IMG/VR virus record: IMGVR_UViG_3300023284_001411
Coordinates: 1-64,000 of that record
Origin: a virus
Reading direction: 5' to 3' (one strand)
Length of the DNA stretch: 64,000 nucleotides
Within the stretch, counting starts at the first letter, position 1. The number at the start of each line of letters is the position of its first letter. Shown piece by piece: positions 37,040 through 44,745 of the stretch. The notes beneath the pieces are model-generated. The model worked only from the letters and a program-made list of their open reading frames with translations, was not told where the DNA came from and made no database searches. The position numbers and the translations under genes were made by a program.

Positions 37040-37402
37040 TCATTGCGGAACCTCCAATTCGAATTTTTCGGCAAATCTACTTGTGGCATTTTCGAACTCT
37101 TCAGGCGACCATTTGCCTCCCAAATCATCGGCGAGGTTGTCGTGGAGTGTGTTCTGAGCAGCTGTAAGAAAAGATATGTCGTCTTCGGTAGTCCATAGGC
37201 CCGTGAGTATTCCTACATTCTTAATCGACCCTATGCCGTCGTCGAAGTTGGGTTGGTACTTGTCGTCCGGGATTAGAAAGCCGACGGCGCACCTTAGCCC
37301 GTTGCAACCACGGTAACAGCAACCATCACTCTCGTCGAAGCTAAACTTCTTCTGGGCTCGCAGGCCTCGGACCATCGTGTCGAACATCTCTTGTCGGGTC
37401 AT
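37040..37402 (-). CDS. Hypothetical protein, paralog A
   Basis: MTRQEMFDTMVRGLRAQ...CCYRG..GLRCAVGFLIPDDKY. Confidence 0.7.
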   Translation of the reverse strand: MTRQEMFDTMVRGLRAQKKFSFDESDGCCYRGCNGLRCAVGFLIPDDKYQPNFDDGIGSIKNVGILTGLWTTEDDISFLTAAQNTLHDNLADDLGGKWSPEEFENATSRFAEKFELEVPQ

Positions 37403-37746
37403 GGCACCTCCAATACTTCGGCTTTGGCGAAATCGATAACGGCCTGCTCGAAGCCCGACCAGTCTTTTTTGAGTCCATCGTGTATGCAACCTTGCATCTC
37501 TGCAAGGAAGCGGGCGTCAGAGCTTGTTCTGTCGATGCCCAAGGCCCCAGCAACTCGATCGGAGTTGACGGGCGAACATTGCTCCATAAGGATATCGTAT
37601 TTCTCATCGGGGATCAGGAAGCCGATGGCGCACTTCCGCCCCTCTGGTCCGCGATAGACGCAGAAGCCGGACACTTCACAGACAGACGGCCCACCCTGGG
37701 CACGCAGCCCACGCACGGAGGTATCAAACCATTCTTGACGGGTCAT
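37399..37746 (-). CDS. Hypothetical protein, paralog B
   Basis: MTRQEWFDTSVRGLRAQ...CVYRG..GRKCAIGFLIPDEKY. Confidence 0.7.
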   Translation of the reverse strand: MTRQEWFDTSVRGLRAQGGPSVCEVSGFCVYRGPEGRKCAIGFLIPDEKYDILMEQCSPVNSDRVAGALGIDRTSSDARFLAEMQGCIHDGLKKDWSGFEQAVIDFAKAEVLEVP

Positions 37747-38067
37747 CGTATTCCTTTCACGAGACGCACAATGGCGATCATGGAGATGACGCAAATGGTG
37801 GTCAACCCCACTCCGCGCAGGATGTCGTCGAAGTATAGGTAAGTCAGGTAATCGTCGAAGCAACGCTCGGCAACCTCGATCGCTTTCAATGCAACTTCAG
37901 TCATCATCACTTACTCCAAACACGGGTCATAATCGGACAGTTTGTACAGTGGAGGATGATCTTCTCGCCGTCCCCCGTCCAGCGTCCCCAGAAGTGGCCG
38001 TTCACGGCACAGTCCCAGTTGTAGGGACGGTGCCACGAGAACAGCCAACGAATCACGCGCCACAGTC

Positions 38068-39309
38068 TCATAGGTTTTCTTTGATGTCCTTTCGAATTTT
38101 GAGGAGGTCTATGGCGACTTCGTCCAGGCGATTTAGGATCGACCCCTTGCTCTTGTCCACTGGCGGAGGAACAACGGCCTCCGGCGGCCTGACGTCGGAG
38201 GAGTAGGCCGCTATTCTCATGCCGTCAAATGTCACCATCTTCGGTCCAAAGTTGGCGTAGATGGTCCCCTTCTCGAAGTACCGCTGGGCGACGTGCTCGT
38301 GAATGAAGGTAAAGCGCCCGAGGGGCTCGCCCCAGTCCTGTTGGTACCCGTCCCAGTCGTTGAAGTGGCCATACGAATACCCGAGGTAGAACGTCGGCCC
38401 GTCAACCAAGAGCGAGCAGTGGTAGTCGAAGATCTGCCGCCTGGGCTGGTCGTCCTCCGTCCGTCGCGACATCTTGAAGAACGGCAGCCCGAGCACGTTG
38501 ACGACTTCGTCGATCGATCTGAACTGGGTCCGTACCTCCTCGGGGGTGTAGTACCCTTGGACGGACGGCGCGAGCCACCCGCGGCCCTCGGACATGGCTC
38601 CGCGGTAGACTCGGACGAGATCCATCTCCACCGGGGCGATAGTCTTTGCGATGTTGGGGATCAGCAACTTCTCCGGGCCGAATTCCCTATCGACAGCAAA
38701 ACGAAGCGCCCGGGCCATGGCGAGCTTGTCGTTGATTTCCTCCGCGAGGGTGAATCGCTTCCCGGTCCGCGGGTTGAGCGGCGGTCTCTTCTTCCGCGTG
38801 GCGACCGACCGCGCCTCCCAGGGCTTCTCGCCCCAGCCGGCGTTGTCGACCCAAAACCCATTCAATTCAGGAGATGCACGGAAGACACGAAGAACAGACT
38901 CCACGAAGAAGTCGATGAAGCCCGGGTGTCCGGTGTCGTAGACCCAGGCGTGGTGTTTGTCGAGGTTGTCTTGCACGACGCGGTTGGGGCCAACGCAGCG
39001 ATTCTCGCGCTTCAGGACGCCGATGGGCTCGTGCAGGTAGAACTCCTCCGGTACAGCGTCCTTCTCGAACGGGTTTCCTGCCCAGTTGCGGGGGTTGCAG
39101 TATTCCGTCAGGAGCGCGTCCGGCCAAAGACCGTGAAGATGCTCGTGGACATGCGGGTGAGTGACGCCCTTGCGCGAGCCCCAGACGGGGTGCAGCGCGA
39201 CGGAGTGCTCGCCGACGTCGGCGAGGTACTTAACCGCCTCGTCCGGGAGTGGCTCCGTCGCGTAATGTTTCTTCGCGATGTACTTCGACAGTAGCTTAAA
39301 AAGGTTCAT
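38068..39309 (-). CDS. Putative glycoside hydrolase (GHL15-like TIM barrel)
   Basis: DTGHPGFIDFF, NGFWVDN, GAMSEG and DWGEPLG...QRYFEKGTIYAN. Confidence 0.55.
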   Translation of the reverse strand: MNLFKLLSKYIAKKHYATEPLPDEAVKYLADVGEHSVALHPVWGSRKGVTHPHVHEHLHGLWPDALLTEYCNPRNWAGNPFEKDAVPEEFYLHEPIGVLKRENRCVGPNRVVQDNLDKHHAWVYDTGHPGFIDFFVESVLRVFRASPELNGFWVDNAGWGEKPWEARSVATRKKRPPLNPRTGKRFTLAEEINDKLAMARALRFAVDREFGPEKLLIPNIAKTIAPVEMDLVRVYRGAMSEGRGWLAPSVQGYYTPEEVRTQFRSIDEVVNVLGLPFFKMSRRTEDDQPRRQIFDYHCSLLVDGPTFYLGYSYGHFNDWDGYQQDWGEPLGRFTFIHEHVAQRYFEKGTIYANFGPKMVTFDGMRIAAYSSDVRPPEAVVPPPVDKSKGSILNRLDEVAIDLLKIRKDIKENL

Positions 39310-39317
39310 GATTGTTC

Positions 39318-39692
39318 CTATGGTAACACATGGAAAGGGTTGGTCCAAGGATGTTTTGTGGTTCCGAAGATCAGACCGTTTTCGTCAATGAAGAAAACGT
39401 ACACCTTAAAACCGCCATAGCCGCCGAAGCCGTTTCGAAGGTTCAGCGATGCGTCCCACGTCCAACCGACGCGGCGCGGTGTGAATAACGTCGGGCTCAT
39501 GTACGCAGGGCGGGCCGAGGAGGAGACGCCGCGGATCTGCAGGCTCTCGGGGTCCTTGGCGCGGCGGTTGACCCAGCGCTCCGTCATGCCCCGAAGGCTT
39601 GAGGAGGTTGGTTCGGTGGGTAACCGGCCACGCATCTCGGCGACCGAAACACAGCCGGTTAAAAGAGTTAGGACGATAATCAAGGCTTTCAT
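39318..39692 (-). CDS. Lipoprotein
   Basis: Signal MKALIIVLTLLTGC (lipobox); KDPES and RNGFGGYGG motifs. Confidence 0.7.
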   Translation of the reverse strand: MKALIIVLTLLTGCVSVAEMRGRLPTEPTSSSLRGMTERWVNRRAKDPESLQIRGVSSSARPAYMSPTLFTPRRVGWTWDASLNLRNGFGGYGGFKVYVFFIDENGLIFGTTKHPWTNPFHVLP

Positions 39693-40037
39693 TGTACTTT
39701 CCTTCCGTGAAAAAAAGTGGGGGCCGGCCCACCACGACCGACCCCCGACCACCAACGGAGAGGTATATCAGTAGACGATGTCCAGGTCCTCCTCCCAGGC
39801 TCCCTCCTCGTCTGACTCGTAGTAGTCTTCTTCGCAGTCCTCCGAGCAGAAGAGGTTATCGCATTCGCGTTCACAGTGTAGACACGTGTTCATTGTTGAT
39901 GATCCTTGTGGCTGTTTCCACGACCTCGGAGACTACCACCACCTCCTCGGGGCTCAGCGCGAGCTGGAGTTGTTGGGCGCACCAAATCAACACCGGCACG
40001 CACATGGCAAAACAGACATAGGTAAAAGCTTCAAGCG

Positions 40038-40346
40038 TCATGATTTCTCCTCTAAGGCTTTTCGGGCGCGGCCGTAGGCAATCGACCTCCCGCGCTTGAT
40101 CACGAAGTTGTCCTTCTTGGAACAGAACGAGTAGCCGCAGACCTGTGTCCCATCGTTCATTGTCAGTGTGCAGATGACCGCGGCTTTGATATTGGGCCAT
40201 TGCCCGGTTACCCTGCGCCACCTCCCATAGACATTGACTTGTTTTAGGACTCTGGCGTTGCCGAAGAGCGCGAGGATTTCGTTTTCGCTGGCTTTCTGGG
40301 GACCCTCGGGGAGGTCCGTCCGGTAGTGGGTAAACTCTGTTTTCAT
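40038..40346 (-). CDS. Hypothetical phage protein
   Basis: GYSFCSKKDNFVIKRGRSIAYGRA motif seen in small phage proteins. Confidence 0.55.
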   Translation of the reverse strand: MKTEFTHYRTDLPEGPQKASENEILALFGNARVLKQVNVYGRWRRVTGQWPNIKAAVICTLTMNDGTQVCGYSFCSKKDNFVIKRGRSIAYGRARKALEEKS

Positions 40347-40620
40347 ACCTGGTACTCCACGACGCGCTCGCGTCCGATGCCGTCGACAGTGTGGACCGCA
40401 CGGCGGGCGCCGCGCTTCAGGTCCGCGATGACCCGCTGGAAGCCGTGCCTCCGGAGGTCCTCCAGGATGCTCCCGGGCGTCGGGCCGTCGGACACCTTCC
40501 AGCCGCGGAGCTCCGAGGCAGTGGCGGGGGTTTGGGTCAGTAGGTTACTCATTTCCTCTCCTTTCAAAGTTGCCTCCCGGAGGGTGCCCACCTCCGGGAG
40601 ACGTCCGAGCTTCCTTGGTG

Positions 40621-40669
40621 CTTAACACTGAAGCTTACCACCCTCCGGCGGGGTGTCAAGTGACAAAAT
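40621..40669 (-). promoter_or_regulatory. Repeated early promoter, copy 3
   Basis: TTTTGTCACTTGACA-N16-TAAGCT-TCAGTGTTAAG. Confidence 0.75.
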
Positions 40670-41321
40670 TGGGCTGTACACAAAGCGGATATTGTTTGTC
40701 GCCAGGAGCTCGATAAGTTCGCGGACGGTCATATCCAGGAGGGAGACACCCCTCGTGGGCTCGCCGCTGGCCGCTCGGACCGCAGCCCCGAGGGAGCAGA
40801 TCGTCTCCGCCTGGGCTGCGCAGAAGAGCCTCCGTCGCCATTGTGGGTCCATTACAGGCTGCCGTAGTGGCTCAGGACGATCCCGAAGAACACCTCCCAG
40901 GGGACGGTATGGGAGCCGCGCTTGTTCTTGATCCGGACGGTAATGCCCTTGTCATTGTGGACCTGGACGACGTACTCCCGGGTTGGCATGCCCTTGATGG
41001 AGCTCTTCATCTTGACGTCGAAATTCGCAAGTTGCCTCATCGGGGGTTCCTTTCTACAAGGCGTAATTTTGATACGGGTTTGGACTCGTCCAGCTGGTAA
41101 GGGTCCCAGGACTGCGGCGCCTCGTCCAGGAGGCGCGCCCCCTTCCGGAGGCGGTCGTAGTAGGCGGCGATGCGGTCAGCGACCACAGCCCGCTCCCCAA
41201 GGTCGAAGACCTCGAGCCCCTCAAGCTGCGGCGCCGGCCGACCGAAGATCTCCCGGAGCTTTTCGAGCCCCTTTCGAATGAATCGTGATGATGGAGTTGA
41301 CATCAGAAATCTCCTTGGGTT

Positions 41322-41430
41322 AAAAGAGCTGCGGTACCAACAGGGGACGCTTTGTGGTTCCCAGGTTTCCCTGAGTTGGGGTCCGAAAATCCCTGAACGC
41401 TTTCGCGCTCGACCCCTACCGCAGACTCTT
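41322..41430 (-). ncRNA. Candidate structured RNA: four-way junction with two GAAA tetraloops and a possible pseudoknot
   Basis: Stems AAGAG.CTGCGGT/ACCGCAGCTCTT, GGGGTC/GACCCC, GAGCGC-GAAA-GCGTTC, CTCAGG-GAAA-CCTGGG and ACCA/TGGT; intergenic. Confidence 0.6.
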
Positions 41431-41759
41431 TATTTGTTCACCATGTGATAAACGACATTGCCAAGCTTGTCGCAGTGGACGTATGAGGCGGTCTCTTCGA
41501 CGCGGATGGTTTGATCCTTGGCCCGGCGGGTGGGGATCCGCAGACGGCGGACGGTGTAGGTGTCATTCAGTTCGAGGGTGATCTGGATGAAGTGCGACCG
41601 ACCCTTGAGAACCGTCCCGGTGACGCGGACGTCGAAGTCGTCGTCGGCAACTCCGGCCACAAAGCTCGCGTCTCTCCAGCCGCAGGACATCCGGGTCAGG
41701 GCGGGGATCTGTGCGATCATCGTCCGGGCCTTGGTGGTGACTTCTTCGGTTCTCGTCAT
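41430..41759 (-). CDS. Early hypothetical protein
   Basis: MTRTEEV..., AAGGAGAG SD, directly after promoter copy 2; ITLELNDTYTV motif. Confidence 0.65.
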   Translation of the reverse strand: MTRTEEVTTKARTMIAQIPALTRMSCGWRDASFVAGVADDDFDVRVTGTVLKGRSHFIQITLELNDTYTVRRLRIPTRRAKDQTIRVEETASYVHCDKLGNVVYHMVNK

Positions 41760-41784
41760 GGTTCTCTCCTTGGTGGTGGTTGCT

Positions 41785-41834
41785 CTTAACACTGAAGAGT
41801 ACAACACCCGCCCCCGGGTGTCAAGTGACAAAAA
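41785..41834 (-). promoter_or_regulatory. Repeated early promoter, copy 2
   Basis: TTTTTGTCACTTGACA-N17-TACTCT-TCAGTGTTAAG. Confidence 0.78.
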
Positions 41835-42512
41835 GTGTCACTCGTCGCCGAAATCGAAGTGCAGAATGATGGTGCCGCTCTGTAGGTTCTTCGGCTCCTC
41901 GACGATGTCAAGAAGGCGGTAAGGCCATTCTCCTTTAACTTGATGTTCCACGTTGGCCTTTTTCACTCGTTCCTCGGCCTTCTCTCGGGCCTCAATCCCT
42001 GAAGGCGCGAGGACCAAGACCTCTCCGTCGTAGGGCGATCCGCCCGTGACACCGAATTTGTACAGTTTCCTCATCTTGCCTCCTTCATGACGGCGGTATA
42101 GGTGCTTCCGACGAAACCGGTCTTCCCGTCCGTGCTCTCGGTGAGAGCGTTGACGGCCTCTCCCAGCTTGGCTCCTGCGAGGGCCAGAAGGGCCATCAGG
42201 GCGACGAGTACGATGGTCTTCTTCACGGGTCTTTACCTCCCTGCGGTTAGTAGTGCGGTCTTCATACAGTTCAGTATACACTTATCCTGGGGATGTGCAA
42301 ATCCCGCTGGTTTAAGCTTTCCCAGAATTTTTTCCAACCGATTCGGTAGGCTTCCTGGGTCATCGCAGTCGCCGGGGTGCGGTCGGGCTCGCAGGGTAGT
42401 CCCTTCCAGGCGTGCCGGGTCCCTCGAGCGTATCCGATGAGGAAGTCCAGGCGGTCTTCGGTGCTGTGGAGCTCGCGGTAGCAGGACTCCTGCTTGGCTC
42501 GGTCGTCAATCT

Positions 42513-42650
42513 TCATCGAAAAAGTTTCCCCAGTAGGCGGCCTGTAAACTTGCCCGCCAGGCGGCGCCCGACGCGGCGCCCGACGCGGTCCTTTTTGACT
42601 GCTTGAAAGTCGCCCAGTAACCGAGCAAAAAGATAAAGGAACGATCTCAT
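42513..42650 (-). CDS. 45-aa basic amphipathic peptide MRSFLYLFARLLGDFQAVKKDRVGRRVGRRLAGKFTGRLLGKLFR
   Basis: AAGGAG SD; ATGA overlap with the next gene; below the ORF-track cutoff. Confidence 0.6.
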   Translation of the reverse strand: MRSFLYLFARLLGDFQAVKKDRVGRRVGRRLAGKFTGRLLGKLFR

Positions 42651-42779
42651 TTTTTCTCCTTGGTGTAGGTTACAGTCCGAGGGCATATCCTGCAGAGATC
42701 AGCAATGCGAACATGATGGCGGCGTAAATTATTAATCCCTTCATGACTTTCTCTCCTTGGTTCGTGGTGGTGGTTTTCG

Positions 42780-42826
42780 TTACAGTGAAGAATACGACTT
42801 TTTTCGTAGACGTCAACTGACAAAAA
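42780..42826 (-). promoter_or_regulatory. Repeated early promoter, copy 1
   Basis: TTTTTGTCAGTTGACG-N16-TATTCT-TCACTGTAA. Confidence 0.65.
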
Positions 42827-43228
42827 TTGTCATGTCGTGCCATGCCTATTCGCGCCGCGACATGTCGTGATTTGCCTGCCGTGTCAGGCCGCTCCGTGTC
42901 TTGCCTGCCGTGTCGTGCCCTGTCAAGTCTCACCGTGCCAGGCCCGGGCTTGTCTCGCCTGCCGTACTGTGCCTAACCAGGCCCGTTCTGGGCGGGCCGT
43001 GTCTGGACCTGTCTTGCCTGCTGTGCCGAGTCATGTCTTGTCCTGTCGAGACACGCCTATCCTGCTTTGCCTTGTCAGGTCTGGCCGCGTCAGGCCACGT
43101 CTCGCCTGCCGGGTCACGTCTCGCCTCACCCTATCGAGACTTGCCTGCCGTGCTGTGCCGTATCGCGTCGGGCCCCGCCTCGCCACGCCAAGTCTCGCCT
43201 GCCGAGTCGAGCCGAAACGAGCCGAGGT
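42827..43228 (-). repeat. Pentamer-periodic array (constant GRY-type triplet + variable NN), 8 units delimited by AGGC; candidate guide-RNA array
   Basis: Strict 5-nt register on the minus strand, broken only at [GGC/AGC/GAT]AGGC junctions; unit lengths 54, 39, 49, 39, 59, 54, 29 and 49 nt. Confidence 0.85.
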
Positions 43229-43702
43229 TTAGCCGATCATTGTTTTCAGAAGTTCTACCTCCTTGCGTACTCCTTTCAGCTCTTTGAGCTCCGCATACCG
43301 GTTTAGAATCCCGAGGAGAAGTCGGTAGGATTCTTCCAAAGCCAGCTTTCGCAGATCCGGGGATTTTTGGATTTTGTCGGTCGAATAGTATCCTGGACCG
43401 TCAGGGGCATTTTTGATGTGAAAGTGGGGGCGAAGCAATCGCTTCGCCCCATCTGGTTCTTCGATAACTAAGCGATACGATCGCGACATGTCGGAAGCGA
43501 CAGAGAGGCGATGCTTGTGGGCCGCGGTGGCGTCGTCCCATGGAAAAGCTTGATGAAGAGGGGACGATCTCATGGTCGCTGCTTTCACGATCATTTCTGG
43601 CTCGACCTTGCCGTGTTTGTCTCGGAGGCTTTCTATTACCTCACCGGCAACTTGCGGCGAGACGTTGAACCTTGCGCCAGGGGTCCATTCGTAGGTCTTC
43701 AT
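43229..43702 (-). CDS. Conserved phage protein coupled to the Cas7-like gene (SPLH..F.WDD..AA motif)
   Basis: 157 aa; ATGA overlap with the upstream gene; its stop abuts the array. Confidence 0.8.
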   Translation of the reverse strand: MKTYEWTPGARFNVSPQVAGEVIESLRDKHGKVEPEMIVKAATMRSSPLHQAFPWDDATAAHKHRLSVASDMSRSYRLVIEEPDGAKRLLRPHFHIKNAPDGPGYYSTDKIQKSPDLRKLALEESYRLLLGILNRYAELKELKGVRKEVELLKTMIG

Positions 43703-44349
43703 GACTTTTCCTCCAAGACTCGAAATGTGCCCCAGCCGCAGCCGGCGCTGTTTTTACTGAAAGGACGACCCTCACCGACTCCGATCTGCCTACCAGCTCT
43801 GATAAGCAAATTGAGAACATCGACGGGTTGAAACTGGTCCGCATCGAACTCGATTGTGACGTTTGCCTGCCAGCCCGGACCCCACATTGGCCGGGCCCGA
43901 AGGTCCATGGTTCCGCTTGCAGGGAGAGGAACTGGCAACACGGACATTTTGGGCTCACCTTTGGTGATTTTCACCATACCGGTCTCATCTTCGTCGAAAC
44001 CATCGGCGATTGTCACCAAGCTGCACTTCGCAATTGTCATTTTGAATCCGACAAGCCTACAGGCGTCGATCATCGCACATCGAAAAGCAGCAGCCGGGAT
44101 GCCATACCACCCTTCAGTGGATACATGAAGTGCCGCATCGCAGGCCTTTTGGAAGTCTTTTGGTTCCCGCTTCTTTCCTTTGCGGGCTGTAGAACCTGCC
44201 TCTTGTGCTTCTCGTATGGCGTTTCGAGCCTTCTCTGAAAATTTGTTTTGAACGTAGGGGGTGGTTCCTTCGATCGTTGCCACGACCCGCTTGATATTCG
44301 GGGGTGGGATCACGATGCGACTTTGATCGTTCGTCTTCTTCGTCGTCAT
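43699..44349 (-). CDS. Stand-alone RAMP/Cas7-like RNA-binding protein
   Basis: N-terminal strand ATIEGTTPY, GIPAAAFRCAMIDAC (cf. RAMP IPgsslKGalR) and C-terminal Gly-rich loop GRQIGVGEGRP...GWGTFRV. Confidence 0.68.
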   Translation of the reverse strand: MTTKKTNDQSRIVIPPPNIKRVVATIEGTTPYVQNKFSEKARNAIREAQEAGSTARKGKKREPKDFQKACDAALHVSTEGWYGIPAAAFRCAMIDACRLVGFKMTIAKCSLVTIADGFDEDETGMVKITKGEPKMSVLPVPLPASGTMDLRARPMWGPGWQANVTIEFDADQFQPVDVLNLLIRAGRQIGVGEGRPFSKNSAGCGWGTFRVLEEKS

Positions 44350-44433
44350 CTGTCTACCTCGTGTATGTTAAGGGTTAAAAACTAAACGGCCTTTGTCGTA
44401 ACCTCCTTTTTATCGGCCTCATGGTCGGTTTTC

Positions 44434-44745
44434 TTATTTATTATGCAACTTCGATGCCGGTTTCTTCCGGGGGTGTTCGGCCTGGAGGCGGACGATGGCC
44501 GCCCTCACGGCTTCCTCGTCGTCCCAGTCCAGGGCCTCGAGCTCCGCCCGGGTCTCCTTGGCGTCGGCCAGGATCCGTGCCCGTAGGACGACCCGCCCGG
44601 TCTCGAGGTGCGTCAAAAGGTATCCCTTACCCCCATCGAGATTTTTATGTATGCCGAGGATGCGAGTCTTGGCAACCACGTCCATTTTGACCGTTGGTCC
44701 GGCCTTTCCACCATCAATCGGAACAAAACAGTATTCAGCCTTCAT
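44434..44745 (-). CDS. Hypothetical protein
   Basis: 103 aa; TGATG coupling to the primase stop; LLTHLETG motif. Confidence 0.55.
   Translation of the reverse strand: MKAEYCFVPIDGGKAGPTVKMDVVAKTRILGIHKNLDGGKGYLLTHLETGRVVLRARILADAKETRAELEALDWDDEEAVRAAIVRLQAEHPRKKPASKLHNK

Noticed and set aside
42561-42588. 12-bp tandem repeat GCGGCGCCCGAC
   Set aside because: Encodes RVGRRVGRR within the 45-aa peptide gene; a coding duplication only.
42961-43019. Concatenated NN of U5 (GCTTAACAC) matches promoter copy 3 at 40620-40628 and recalls a 16S rRNA segment
   Set aside because: Only 9 nt, partly made of the semi-constant terminal AC AC; not significant.
42827-43228. Array as a simple microsatellite or canonical CRISPR
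   Set aside because: Two of every five positions vary freely while register and delimiters are kept; there are no 25-40-nt identical repeats.
42670-43306. ORFs across the pentamer array (42837..43232, 42901..43287, 43067..43306 and the 5' part of 42670..42933)
   Set aside because: Low-complexity Arg/Cys/Pro translations of a 5-nt periodic sequence. Only the short MKGLIIY... ORF after the promoter looks real.
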